Below are positions 48,616 through 58,892 of a DNA stretch of 64,000 nucleotides, piece by piece; within the stretch, counting starts at the first letter, position 1, and each line of letters starts with the position of its first letter. Both the position numbers and the translations under genes were made by a program. Under the pieces are notes generated by a model, which was not told where the DNA came from, did not search any database, and saw only the letters and a list, made by a program, of their open reading frames with translations. Location of the stretch: the NCBI GenBank assembly GCA_025057645.1, contig JANXBJ010000003.1, positions 111,023-175,022 of the forward strand. Direction: 5' to 3'. Source of the stretch: Anaerolineales bacterium. GTDB taxonomy: Bacteria; Chloroflexota; Anaerolineae; Anaerolineales; UBA4823.

Positions 48616-49584
48616 CTATTCGAGGCTTGGGCGTGATGCGGCCCGCATTTCAGAGAGCCTTAGAATGACCACGCTGCTCAAGATCATTGCTCCGCCGATA
48701 AGCTGGGGTGAGCTCAACCGCTCACCGAGCACTAGATAGGCTAGGAGAGCAGTAATCAGAGGTTCCATCATGGCGATCAGGTTCGCACTGCTGGCTTGCA
48801 AGTAATTTAGGCTTAGGGTATAGAAGCCAAAGCCACCGATTGTCGGTCCGATCCCTAGCACAAAAAGGGCTAGCCAACCCAACCAGCGCTCCCCAAGCCA
48901 AAAGAGTGTCTGGGATGGGGTGTACCCGTTCATCCAGCCATCCAGGAGGCTGAGGGGCAAGAAATAGAGAGCAGCAAAGCCAAACGAGTAGAGCAAGGCA
49001 GTCCATGAGTTGATGCCAAGTTGAGCCGTATATTTCCCCGCCAAACTGTAAACTGCGAAAATCAAGCCGGAGCACAATCCTGTTACGATCCCAAAGGGAT
49101 TCAGTGCCCAAGCTGTAACGGCATAGGCTCCAGAGACCAACACACAGCCGGCCAAGCCTAAACCGACAGCGAGCATTTTGATCGGTGTTAGCGGCTCTCG
49201 AAACAATCGCCAAGCAAGCAACACCGTAAAGGCGGCGGAGCTATAGGCCAAAACCGTAGCGACAGCCGCGCCATTCAAGGCCACCGAGAAGGACCAAAAT
49301 CCATTGAAGAGAGCTACCACCAACCCGTATAAGGCAAAATAGCGCAGCCCGGCTCCGCCGGGCCGGAGCAAAGCGCGATTGCCAATAGAAAACAGCACCA
49401 CTAGCCCAAAAACCACAAATACATCACGCCAGAAAGAGAGCGTAAGAGGGGAAAGTTGGTAGTTGAGGGTCAAGTATCGGATGAAGATGCCCGTGAATGC
49501 CCAGGAGAACGTAGCAGCGATGCAAATTAAATACCCCTTTGCAAGGCGAGCAGGGTCAGAGGGGAAGACAAGTGGCTTTTCCAT
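48616..49584 (-). CDS. EamA / DMT family transporter
   Basis: About 10 transmembrane segments in a duplicated arrangement; EPLIT...VLGERL. Confidence 0.88.
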   Translation of the reverse strand: MEKPLVFPSDPARLAKGYLICIAATFSWAFTGIFIRYLTLNYQLSPLTLSFWRDVFVVFGLVVLFSIGNRALLRPGGAGLRYFALYGLVVALFNGFWSFSVALNGAAVATVLAYSSAAFTVLLAWRLFREPLTPIKMLAVGLGLAGCVLVSGAYAVTAWALNPFGIVTGLCSGLIFAVYSLAGKYTAQLGINSWTALLYSFGFAALYFLPLSLLDGWMNGYTPSQTLFWLGERWLGWLALFVLGIGPTIGGFGFYTLSLNYLQASSANLIAMMEPLITALLAYLVLGERLSSPQLIGGAMILSSVVILRLSEMRAASRPSLE

Positions 49585-49654
49585 ATCGAACGATTATACC
49601 CCTGTAGGAGCTTTCGCCGTCCTTCAGGCGAAGGTTGTGTGGTATAAAGAAGGG

Positions 49655-50539
49655 GTGCTTAATGGCATCGATATCCCACCATTTTGGAAGGTCTTGCGGC
49701 CAGACCATTTACGTGGCTTGGTCATGGTAATCGGTGCGCCTGATTCAGGGAAGAGCACCTTTTGTCGTTATCTCTACTCGCAGCTTCTTGTTCATCAGCG
49801 TCCCTGCGCCTACCTAGACGGGGACCCTGGGCAATCGTTTTTGGGTCCACCGACCACACTCAGCCTCGCCATAGGAGACCTGAAACAACCTACGCAAGTC
49901 TGGCGGCGTTTCGTTGCCTCCATTTCCCCGCGCGGTAACATGCTTTCCATGCTCACTGCGGTCTCCCGCCTGATGCGCAAGGGCTTCCGTCAGAACGCTG
50001 AAGTGATCGTCTATGACACCGATGGGTTGGTCGATCCCCTGCAGGGCGGCATTTATTACAAGTTTGCCTTGATCGAATTGCTGGCGCCTCAGGCGATTTG
50101 TTTTCTCTCGCTTGAAAACGAGCTTCAGCCGTTGCTAAACTATTTCCAACGGCAGAATCGCCATACGGTCTATCATTTTTATGCTTCCTCCGCCGTTCAA
50201 CCCCGCTCCCCCGATGTGCGCCGCCAATACCGCACTGCACAATTCGCCGCCTATTTCTCGTCTGCCCGTCAAATCGAGATCGATTGGCGCGAGATGCCCA
50301 TCTGGCCCGCTCCGCGCTTCTTCCCCAACCAACTGCTTGCTCTAACCGACCGGGAGGGCTATTGCTTGAGCCTAGCCATCCTGCTCGACCATCACGTAGA
50401 GGCTAAACGGTTACAGTTGTTGACTCCTCTCTCCGGAATCGAGTCTATCGCCGGTATCCACCTGAGCCGTCTGGCCCTTGACCCCCAAACCTTTCAGACT
50501 CACCTGTTCGCCGCAGACACGGTTAGCAAAGAAGACTAA
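49655..50539 (+). CDS. Clp1/Grc3/Nol9-family polynucleotide 5'-OH kinase (start uncertain)
   Basis: VMVIGAPDSGKST, DGDPGQSFLGPPTTLSL, DTDG, RSPDVRRQYR lid. Confidence 0.8.
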   Translation: MLNGIDIPPFWKVLRPDHLRGLVMVIGAPDSGKSTFCRYLYSQLLVHQRPCAYLDGDPGQSFLGPPTTLSLAIGDLKQPTQVWRRFVASISPRGNMLSMLTAVSRLMRKGFRQNAEVIVYDTDGLVDPLQGGIYYKFALIELLAPQAICFLSLENELQPLLNYFQRQNRHTVYHFYASSAVQPRSPDVRRQYRTAQFAAYFSSARQIEIDWREMPIWPAPRFFPNQLLALTDREGYCLSLAILLDHHVEAKRLQLLTPLSGIESIAGIHLSRLALDPQTFQTHLFAADTVSKED

Positions 50540-50540
50540 A

Positions 50541-51662
50541 ATGCCGCTTCCTTCTCGTTTTCTTTCCCTGCTTCTTGCTTTCGTTCTCCTTCAGATCCTG
50601 TGTAGGCCTTCTCCGGGCGCTTCGCCAGAACAAGTCACAAAGGCTTCTCAGTCTTCTTCTCCCGCAACTCCCGAAAGCACCGCTTATTTGCCTCTCGTTC
50701 AGAGAGGTGATTTGCCCACTGCGCCGATCTATATGGCGAATTACGCTTATCCGCAAGACTTCGCTGAGTTAGCCAAACGCGGGATTAATACGATCTTGAC
50801 CGACTTGTCTTCTGACGGTTCGGATTGGAGTGCCACCTACCAAGCAGCAATCGCTCACAAACTGAAGCTGATCCCGCTGATCTGGGGGGATAATCAGACC
50901 ATTTGGGCTTGGAATGATCGGGCAAAAGAATGGGAGTTGAACGCGAAAAAATATCCTTCCTCCGTTGGTGCTCAGTTCCTCAAATTTCTCAAAGAAAACC
51001 CCAAATTTCTCGCCCAAACTTTTGCGATTTATTCTTTTCATGAGCCTCTCTGGGAACCAGACAAAACCGGCTGCGACCGTCTCAAAAAATTCTACCAACA
51101 AATTACCGAGCAGGAATTTCCAGATGGAAGCCTTTTGGTCTATGGGGAAGATATTACGATGGGGTGGCCCGACTCAGGCGCATGTTTGAGCGGTGTGGTA
51201 GATTACGAATCCCACCACATTTACCCCTTTGCCCAGATCGGTGATTTTCGCTATCGCGCCTTTAACCATCAGAACAACTATTATGACCCTCCAACGAACG
51301 ATCTAGAGTCTGTAATTCAAGCCGAACTAGCCTACATCGATGCTCGTCTTGCCCGTTATGCAGCTTCTCCTCCCGCTGCGACCGGCAGGCGGCCAAAACC
51401 GATCCTCTTGATCCAAACCTTTGCTGCCATCGTAGAGGAACCGGGCCTTTGGAACCGCATGCCCGAGGCTTGGGAAATGGAAACTCTGGCATCCAGAATT
51501 GTGCTTGAGCGTAAAGATAAGATTGTCGGTTTGGCGTGGTATCCATTCCAGAACCCCTCTTCCAACTATACCCATTGGCTGGCGAGAGACCGTTACGACA
51601 CTACGGGTGCAGATCGCTGGGAGGTTATTACAAAGGTCGGCGGTCTCTTGCTCGGGAAATAG
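50541..51662 (+). CDS. Secreted protein with YLPLV motif, possible glycoside-hydrolase-like barrel
   Basis: Signal peptide, Ser/Pro linker, AYLPLV, IYSFHEP; rich in aromatic residues. Confidence 0.65.
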   Translation: MPLPSRFLSLLLAFVLLQILCRPSPGASPEQVTKASQSSSPATPESTAYLPLVQRGDLPTAPIYMANYAYPQDFAELAKRGINTILTDLSSDGSDWSATYQAAIAHKLKLIPLIWGDNQTIWAWNDRAKEWELNAKKYPSSVGAQFLKFLKENPKFLAQTFAIYSFHEPLWEPDKTGCDRLKKFYQQITEQEFPDGSLLVYGEDITMGWPDSGACLSGVVDYESHHIYPFAQIGDFRYRAFNHQNNYYDPPTNDLESVIQAELAYIDARLARYAASPPAATGRRPKPILLIQTFAAIVEEPGLWNRMPEAWEMETLASRIVLERKDKIVGLAWYPFQNPSSNYTHWLARDRYDTTGADRWEVITKVGGLLLGK

Positions 51663-51667
51663 AGTTT

Positions 51668-52420
51668 TTAGTTCCTTGCGACCGGCTTCTCTAGCGTCAC
51701 CAGCTCCACGCCGCAGCGTCTGATCTGGCGGAAATTGCCCCCTTGGCAAACACAGCGCCGCACGGCTTCAATGTTTCGCACCAATGAGCCGGATAAAACG
51801 TGAATGCCCAATTCGAATAAGCGTGGCGAGAGCGGTGTGCTAGGCCCCAACAGCATCACTTTAGCATCCGAGCGGCGCAAGCTAAAAACGCGCTCGAAGG
51901 TGCCGTTGATCAGGGTCGAGGAAGTGATCGCCAAAACATCTGCCTGGGGGATGATTTCCTCTGCCCGATCGGCGGGATAATCGCCGGGGCGTGGTATTAA
52001 CTCTAAAACCCATAACTGGGCAACGCGGTCACGCAGCCAATCCACAAAAGGGAAATGCCCAATCAAAGCCACTTTCGTTTGCTCCCCCTGGCAGGCGATA
52101 TACTCTTCGGCGGCTAAAGTGACCTTTTGTAAAGGTTCAGGGAGCAGGGCGTTGATGGTCGCCAAACCGATCGCCACTTCGGTGGGGCTTTGCGAGCGAA
52201 CCAGTTGGGCTAAATCTTCCGCCTTCCACCGCTGAAGCTCTCCAGCGTGGTTTACCGCAGGTTGCCCGTGCTCATAATCGGAAGGGTGGTGGGTTGCGGC
52301 TAGGCCGCAACGCACTCCTTCTTCACTCTCAACCACTACTGCAGTCCAAAATAACCCAACGTCTACCGAATGCACGACTCCCGAATGTAAATTCTCAAGA
52401 AGCAGCTCGAGGAGTTTCAT
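51668..52420 (-). CDS. DUF4213 / DUF364 Rossmann-like protein
   Basis: GLFWTAV, AIGLATINALL, VALIGHFP, ITSSTLINGT, LLGPSTPL. Confidence 0.82.
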   Translation of the reverse strand: MKLLELLLENLHSGVVHSVDVGLFWTAVVVESEEGVRCGLAATHHPSDYEHGQPAVNHAGELQRWKAEDLAQLVRSQSPTEVAIGLATINALLPEPLQKVTLAAEEYIACQGEQTKVALIGHFPFVDWLRDRVAQLWVLELIPRPGDYPADRAEEIIPQADVLAITSSTLINGTFERVFSLRRSDAKVMLLGPSTPLSPRLFELGIHVLSGSLVRNIEAVRRCVCQGGNFRQIRRCGVELVTLEKPVARN

Positions 52421-52630
52421 CTTTTTTCCCTTATGCAAGGAGAAGCTTTACAGGGCGATTAATCGCCGGAAGAATTCTACCTCATACTATGGGTATATTA
52501 TGGAGAACGAAAAGCGTCCTCAAAAGAGACTAAGGGGCCTTCTGCGATTATACAGTCCAAAAAATAGGTCGCAGCGATGAAACGCAGGGAGTTTTCCGGG
52601 CGACATTTGTGTAGGGTAAACCGTATAAGG

Positions 52631-53707
52631 CTAGGCCCAGCAGACGCAATTTCGCCCTTGTGCTTTGGCGGCATAAAGCGCTGCATCGGCCCGCTTAAGC
52701 ACGGTGGTCAGAGAGTCGCCGGGGTGAGAGAGTGTGCCGCCGATTGAGATCGAAAGGTGGTCTTCCTCAAACTCAATTTTTTCCACTTCGTTGCGCAAAC
52801 GCTCGGCAAGTTGGAGAGCTTGCTCGGCGGTTGTCTCGGTCAATAGCACCAGAAATTCCTCCCCACCCCATCGAGCCACAAAGTCATTAGCGCGCAGGTT
52901 AGTCCTCAGGATAGACCCTACACGAGCGATCAAAATATCGCCAACGTCGTGCCCATATGTATCGTTGAAGCACTTAAAATCGTCGAGGTCTATCAACAAA
53001 ATCACCAAGGGGAGGCGGTTTAGAAGAGCCTGCTCGATCAAAGCGGAGATCATGCGTCGGTTAGGCAGTTGAGTGAGATGATCGATATTGGCTTGTCGTT
53101 CCCAATAGTCCGCTTGTTTTTGGGCAATGAGCAAGTCGTCCTTAACCTTGGCAAGCGTAAACAACAAGATGGCGATGACGATTAAGCGCGTCTCCCAGCG
53201 GATCAAGTCGGGGAGGAAACCATGTTCATCGGGGATGAAACGCCAAAGCCCGAGCACCAGAGTCACACCTGTATAGATGAGAGAGAGACGAAAGGCCAGT
53301 TGACTGGGCAAAATCATGTAGGCGATGATAAACAGAATGATGGTTCCACTAGAGATGATTTCAATCTCTCTCCAAACAATGTTGGGGTTATCGTAGAAGA
53401 GATGGTGAACATATTTGACTAGAAAGAAAAGTGAGATGGTCAGCAACACCCAGCACTCGAGCCAGCGCAGCGGGACCCGACGCCAAAGCAAGGCAAGGGT
53501 CCACAACACTATATCGATCAAGAGGAGGAGGTAAAGACGACTGCTAAAGGGATTCGTTGCTCCGTAGAAATACCAGGCAAGAAGGACTGAAGGCAGGGAG
53601 ATCAGAGAAGCGATCAGGTATAAGAGTCGCTTACGCTCTTCAATCTTTCTTTTCAGCTCCTCCTGAGGGGTAGCTATGAAATTAAAGGGAGGATTGTGGC
53701 TCTTCAT
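52631..53707 (-). CDS. Membrane-bound diguanylate cyclase
   Basis: N-terminal transmembrane helices, DHLTQLPNRR, DLDDFK, RAND I-site, RWGGEEF. Confidence 0.92.
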   Translation of the reverse strand: MKSHNPPFNFIATPQEELKRKIEERKRLLYLIASLISLPSVLLAWYFYGATNPFSSRLYLLLLIDIVLWTLALLWRRVPLRWLECWVLLTISLFFLVKYVHHLFYDNPNIVWREIEIISSGTIILFIIAYMILPSQLAFRLSLIYTGVTLVLGLWRFIPDEHGFLPDLIRWETRLIVIAILLFTLAKVKDDLLIAQKQADYWERQANIDHLTQLPNRRMISALIEQALLNRLPLVILLIDLDDFKCFNDTYGHDVGDILIARVGSILRTNLRANDFVARWGGEEFLVLLTETTAEQALQLAERLRNEVEKIEFEEDHLSISIGGTLSHPGDSLTTVLKRADAALYAAKAQGRNCVCWA

Positions 53708-53816
53708 CTCACGTTTCTGGGTATTTGGATTTTATATGAGAACGTATCTGTTTTCAAGCACCAAAAAATTGCGTTCGGCGTTAAAATTTGGCGAGATCTC
53801 TCTAAGGAGGGGTTCA

Positions 53817-55256
53817 ATGCGCCTTCGGGCTTCGGTATTGAGCGAAGAGGAACAGGCTCTGGTTCACCGACAGAGCTTACGCATTTTGGCCGAGGTTGGC
53901 GTGCGCTTTCACGGCAAGAAAGCCTTGCCGATCTTGAAAGCTAACGGCGCTAAAGTCGATGAGGAACGCAGCATAGCTTATCTGCCGGCGGAGATGGTTG
54001 AGCAGGCCTTGCGAACGGCGCCAAAGTCATTTGTATTAGGCGCGCGCAACCCGGCCTATAACTTTCCCCTGCCCTCTCCGCACTCCCGCTATGCTATGGA
54101 CGGCACCGGCTCGTTTATGATCGACTTCCATACAGGCGAGCGACGCTACGGCGTGACCAAAGATATTGCCGATGCGATGCGCGTTTTTCAGATCGCCGAT
54201 TTGGGTGTGCTGGCTTGGCCGCCGGTTTGTGCTTCCGATGCCCCTGCCCACTCGCGCCCGTTACATGAGTTCTTTACCATGATCCAACACACCTCGAAAC
54301 ATGCCCAACACGAAGTGCACACGGTCAGGCAGGTGCCGTATTTGGTCGAAGGATTAGAAGCCGTGGCTGGCTCAGCGCAGGCTCTACGGGAGCACAATTG
54401 GTTTTCGCTGATCTATTGCCCTGTGGCCCCGCTCACTCACGATGGTGAAATGCTGGATGCCTATTTGGAATTGGGCGAGGTCGGCTTGCCGGTGATGATT
54501 ATGCCCATGCCGGTCAACGGTACGACCGGGCCTGCCAGTTTGTTTTCTAACATTGCCCTAGCCAACGCCGAAACCCTCTCGGCAATTGTTGTCTTTCAGC
54601 TTGCCCACCCCGGGCGGCCGCTAATCTATAGCAGCGCCACTGGCGCAATCGACTTTCGCAGCGGTGCCTACCTCGCTGGAACAGCGGAGGTGGGCTTGCA
54701 ATCGGCAGCTCTAGTGCAAATGGGGCGTTTCTACGGCTTGCCCGCTACTTCGGCGGGGATGGTCTCGGATGCCAAGGAGATCGGCGCCGAAGCGGTAATT
54801 GAAAAGCTCCTCACCACCCTGCCAAGTATACTGGTCGGCGCTGACATCATTGTCGGCTATGGCGAAGTGGAGAGCGATCAGACCCTCTATCTGGAGCAGA
54901 TTTTGCTCGACAATGAGATCGCCCATCTGTGCGAACGCTTGGTGCAGGGAGTAGAAGTCTCTGCAGACCGCGATTTGTTCGCCGAAATCGCCAAAGTCGG
55001 TCCTGGCGGTCACTTTCTCAAGAGCAAAAGCACGCACGCCGCTGCTCGCAGCGGAGAGTTCCACAAACCGAAGTATACTTACCGCTTGTCTTACGAAAGC
55101 TGGTTGGAACTGGGTAAACCCAACTTATACAGCGAAGCGCGCAAGCACGTAGAAGAAATTTTGGCTATGCCACCGGCTGATCCCCTGTCCGATGAGCTCC
55201 TGGGAAAATTGCAAGAAATTCTACGTCGTGCGGATCGAGAGTTACAATCAGCATGA
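53817..55256 (+). CDS. MttB-superfamily corrinoid methyltransferase, non-pyrrolysine
   Basis: AAGGAGG RBS; ILAEVGVRF, GTTGPASL, HPGRPLIY, GRFYGLP...SDAK, VGPGGHFL; no in-frame TAG. Confidence 0.88.
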   Translation: MRLRASVLSEEEQALVHRQSLRILAEVGVRFHGKKALPILKANGAKVDEERSIAYLPAEMVEQALRTAPKSFVLGARNPAYNFPLPSPHSRYAMDGTGSFMIDFHTGERRYGVTKDIADAMRVFQIADLGVLAWPPVCASDAPAHSRPLHEFFTMIQHTSKHAQHEVHTVRQVPYLVEGLEAVAGSAQALREHNWFSLIYCPVAPLTHDGEMLDAYLELGEVGLPVMIMPMPVNGTTGPASLFSNIALANAETLSAIVVFQLAHPGRPLIYSSATGAIDFRSGAYLAGTAEVGLQSAALVQMGRFYGLPATSAGMVSDAKEIGAEAVIEKLLTTLPSILVGADIIVGYGEVESDQTLYLEQILLDNEIAHLCERLVQGVEVSADRDLFAEIAKVGPGGHFLKSKSTHAAARSGEFHKPKYTYRLSYESWLELGKPNLYSEARKHVEEILAMPPADPLSDELLGKLQEILRRADRELQSA

Positions 55257-55655
55257 GACCTTCTACGACAATCACTCAAGAACCGTCATATGTCAAGGGA
55301 CACATTTTAGGCACGAACAGCCTGCCCTCGGATTGGCAGGAGATCGGGGCGTTGAGCCACGGATGCTGCTTTAGAGCCATGAGGCGACATCGACTGAGGA
55401 TCAGTTCCTAGTCCTTGGATAGGGCATATTCATGGCTAGGGATGCAGGTTTGCGTTGGCAAGGCCGAGGAGAGCTCTGCGTTTAATGCGATCATGCCGAA
55501 GGTGGCGTGCCGGTTTTCGTAAAGAGGCCCGCATCGCAGGCTTTCGCCTTAAAATCCAAATGACTTTCCTGCGTTGCTCTGGTTCTCACCTGCTAGCTGT
55601 GATCGGTTAGGATAAGCTGTTCCCTTCATCTCTTCCTTACGTCAAAGGAGGAAAG

Positions 55656-57029
55656 ATGCAATCTCTGCCCGACTCTCCGCTCTCTCTCTGGCTGGACACT
55701 TACGGGGAATACCATCCCCAACCGCCGCTTGAAGGGGAAATCGAGGCGGATATTGCGATTATCGGCGGTGGCTTTACCGGCCTGATGACTGCCTATGAAC
55801 TCAAGCGCGTCGAACCTACCTTGCGCATTGTGGTGCTAGAGGCAAAAACGGTTGGATACGGTGCCAGCGGACGCAATGGCTCTTTTGCTATGACGGTGGT
55901 AGGCCTGGGTTTTGGTGTGATGCCGACCCTGATGGGTGTGGAGCGATTTAAGGCAGCTCACCGCTATATGATGCGCGCCGTGGAGGAACTGGATGCCTTA
56001 ATCGAGCGGGAAAAGATCGAGTGCGAGCGCATTCGACCGGGCTTTTTGCGCGTCGCCACCACCAAGGCCTATGTCAGGCGCCTGCAAGAGGACGTGGAGC
56101 GGATGAACCGCTTCGGCTTTAGCGACATTTTCTGGCTCGACCAGGCGGAGGTGCGCCAGCGGGTTAACTCGCCGCGCTTTCTGGGGGCATTATGGGAACC
56201 GCGTTTGGTTTTGGTCAACCCGGCCAAGCTGGTGCGCGCTGAGCGGGACCTCGCTTTGCGCTACGGTGCGGAAATCTACGAGAACACGCCGGCAGTGGAA
56301 ATCCGTCGTGAACGCCGCTTTCGGATTTTGACGCCGCGCGGCAAAGTGTACAGCGAAAAGCTGGTTTTTGCCACCAATGCCTACACTCACCTCTTCCCTT
56401 TATTGCGGCGCAAACAGATTCCCGCTTTTACCTACATGGTCGCCACCGAACCCTTAAGTGAGAGACACCTAGAATCCATTGGCTGGCAAGGGAGAGAAGG
56501 AATCGAGGACGCCCGCAACCTGATCCACTATTACCGCCTCACCCCTGATCGCCGCCTGGTGATAGGCGGAGGCCCGGTCGGCATCACCTTTGCTGATGAC
56601 CTGAATGCCGACCGGAATGAGAGCGCTTGGCGGCACCTGGAAGAGCATATCCGCTTTCTCTTCCCTAACCTAAGGGACGTGCGCGTGACCCATCGCTGGG
56701 GTGGCCCGTTTTCAGTGACCATAGACTTGACGCCTGCTATGGGCTATCTCGGAGATCGGCGGGCGGTCTACAGTGTGGGTTGCATTGGACACGGTGTTTC
56801 TGCCAGCCATCTGAATGCTCAAACCTTGCGGGATTTACTCCTCGAACGCCGGAGCGAGTTGACCGAGTGCCCCTTCGTGCGTCGCCGGGTGATCCCTTGG
56901 CCGCCTGAACCGCTGCGCAGTTTGATCGCTTTTGCCCTGCGGGGTTATTTGCAGTTAGAGGATTGGTGGTACGAACGTGAACTGCGGGTCGCTCAACCCG
57001 AGCCAACGGGCGCTGCATCGAGATTTTGA
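55656..57029 (+). CDS. FAD-dependent oxidoreductase (DAO / PuuB-OrdL-like)
   Basis: [31 protein letters not shown]. Confidence 0.9.
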   Translation: MQSLPDSPLSLWLDTYGEYHPQPPLEGEIEADIAIIGGGFTGLMTAYELKRVEPTLRIVVLEAKTVGYGASGRNGSFAMTVVGLGFGVMPTLMGVERFKAAHRYMMRAVEELDALIEREKIECERIRPGFLRVATTKAYVRRLQEDVERMNRFGFSDIFWLDQAEVRQRVNSPRFLGALWEPRLVLVNPAKLVRAERDLALRYGAEIYENTPAVEIRRERRFRILTPRGKVYSEKLVFATNAYTHLFPLLRRKQIPAFTYMVATEPLSERHLESIGWQGREGIEDARNLIHYYRLTPDRRLVIGGGPVGITFADDLNADRNESAWRHLEEHIRFLFPNLRDVRVTHRWGGPFSVTIDLTPAMGYLGDRRAVYSVGCIGHGVSASHLNAQTLRDLLLERRSELTECPFVRRRVIPWPPEPLRSLIAFALRGYLQLEDWWYERELRVAQPEPTGAASRF

Positions 57030-57054
57030 CAAAATGCCTTCATAATGTTAAAAT
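57026..57054 (+). promoter_or_regulatory. Strong sigma70-type promoter upstream of rnj
   Basis: TTGACA, 17 bp spacer, TAAAAT, with an extended TG. Confidence 0.75.
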
Positions 57055-57243
57055 TTAAGCACAGATGGCAAATTTTGCCGACTGAGGATTGAAACGAAGA
57101 CGCTCGAGGAGAACGTATCTGAGTTGGTTCAAACGCTTTGGTGATTGTATCTCGATTTGCAGCAGCCCGGTCGGTTATGCCGTTCGGGCTGCTGTTGTGA
57201 TCGGGAGCGACACTGCACACTTCAACGAGGAAAGCGCAGAAGT

Positions 57244-58887
57244 ATGAAAGATAAAATCTTACGCATTCTCCCCCTCGGAGGATTGGGGGAAGTTGGGAAA
57301 AATATGATGGTCTATGAATACGCCGACCAGATTTTGGTGGTCGATGCAGGCCTAATGTTCCCCGAAAACGATATGCTGGGGATTGATTACATCATTCCGG
57401 ATTTTCAGTATTTGGTACAAAACCGCCACAAGGTAGTAGGGATTGTTTTCACCCATGGTCACGAAGATCACACCGGGGCCGCGCGCCATGTCCTAGAACA
57501 GGTCCAGGCGCCGATCTATGCCACGGCACTCACCCGCGGGCTATTGGAAGCTAAATTGACGCGAAACGGTCTGTTGAGCAAGCTAACCTTGAACACGGTG
57601 CGCGCTGGCGACCGTATTCGTATCGGCGTCTTCGATGTAGAGTTCTTTCACGTCTGCCATTCGATCCCCGATGGAGTAGGCTTGGGTATCCGCACCCCTG
57701 TCGGTCTGGTAGTTCACACCGGGGATTACAAGTTCGATCATACCCCTGTGGACAACTGGCCGACCGATTTTGCCAAGCTTGCCTCATACTCTCAGCAAGG
57801 GGTCCTGGCCCTGCTCGCCGACTCAACCAACTCTACCCGTCCCGGGTGGACGCCTTCCGAACGAGTCGTTGACGCAGCCCTCGACAGCGTTTTCCGTGAG
57901 GCGCCGGGGCGCATCATCGTGGCGAGCTTTGCCTCGTTGATCTCTCGGATGCAGCAGGTAGCGAACGCGGCCATGCGCTATGGTAGAAAACTGGCCTTTG
58001 TTGGCTCTAGCATGATTGAGAGTGCACGCATCGCCCGCAAATTGGGCTATTTGGATATCCCCGACAGCGCCATTGTATCTATCGAACAGGCCTTACGGAT
58101 GAATCCGCAAGAGGTCGTCCTGATGTCCACCGGGACTCAAGGTGAACCAACCTCAATTTTGGGGCGGCTCTCGACCGGTACGAACCGTCATTTTGAGATC
58201 ATCCCTGGCGATACCGTGGTGCTCTCTTCTCGCCCGATCCCCGGAAATGAGGAAAGCGTTTATCGTACGATCAATCGTCTCTTCCGCAAAGGGGCAAATG
58301 TCATTTACGAAGACATCGCCCCGGTTCACGTCTCCGGACATGCGAGTGCCGAAGAAATCAAGCTGATGCTCAATCTGGTTCGGCCGCGTTTCTTGATCCC
58401 CATTCATGGGGAGCTGCGCCATTTACATCAACACGCCCGGCTTGCCCAAGAGGTGGGCATTCCTGCCGAGCGCATTGCCATCGTAGAGAACGGAATGGTG
58501 ATTGAGCTAACTGAGGATCAAATGCGCATAGCAGAACGCATTCCAGGAGGATACGTTTTTGTTGACGGGGCCTCGGTGGGAGAAGTCAGCCCCAGTTTGG
58601 TGCGCGAGCGCGAAGCCCTTGCCCGCGATGGCTTCGTTTTAGTTAATGTTGTCCTCGATCGCCGCTCCGGCCGCCTGTTAGACGAGCCGGAAGTGATCAC
58701 GCGCGGTTTTGTCCCTGCTGAAGAGCTTGAGGAGCTTCTCGCCGAGACGCGAGACCTTGTGCGCAAAACGGTGGAGGGCGCCAGCAACGGCCGCCTGCAA
58801 AACGACCTGGAGCAGACACTCAAGTCGTTTCTCTACAATAAGACGAAACGCAGGCCCATGGTCTTTGTGACGCTCAGCAGTGCCTAA
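57244..58887 (+). CDS. rnj: Ribonuclease J
   Basis: PLGGLGEVGKNM, THGHEDH, HSIPD, HVSGHA, PIHGE. Confidence 0.96.
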   Translation: MKDKILRILPLGGLGEVGKNMMVYEYADQILVVDAGLMFPENDMLGIDYIIPDFQYLVQNRHKVVGIVFTHGHEDHTGAARHVLEQVQAPIYATALTRGLLEAKLTRNGLLSKLTLNTVRAGDRIRIGVFDVEFFHVCHSIPDGVGLGIRTPVGLVVHTGDYKFDHTPVDNWPTDFAKLASYSQQGVLALLADSTNSTRPGWTPSERVVDAALDSVFREAPGRIIVASFASLISRMQQVANAAMRYGRKLAFVGSSMIESARIARKLGYLDIPDSAIVSIEQALRMNPQEVVLMSTGTQGEPTSILGRLSTGTNRHFEIIPGDTVVLSSRPIPGNEESVYRTINRLFRKGANVIYEDIAPVHVSGHASAEEIKLMLNLVRPRFLIPIHGELRHLHQHARLAQEVGIPAERIAIVENGMVIELTEDQMRIAERIPGGYVFVDGASVGEVSPSLVREREALARDGFVLVNVVLDRRSGRLLDEPEVITRGFVPAEELEELLAETRDLVRKTVEGASNGRLQNDLEQTLKSFLYNKTKRRPMVFVTLSSA

Positions 58888-58892
58888 GTGGC

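Noticed and set aside
53817-55256. Pyrrolysine recoding in MttB
   Set aside because: There is no in-frame TAG; the ORF is continuous.
55257-55655. Riboswitch or pseudogene in the 400-bp gap after mttB
   Set aside because: No cobalamin, SAM or glycine riboswitch motifs and no credible ORF could be recognised by eye.
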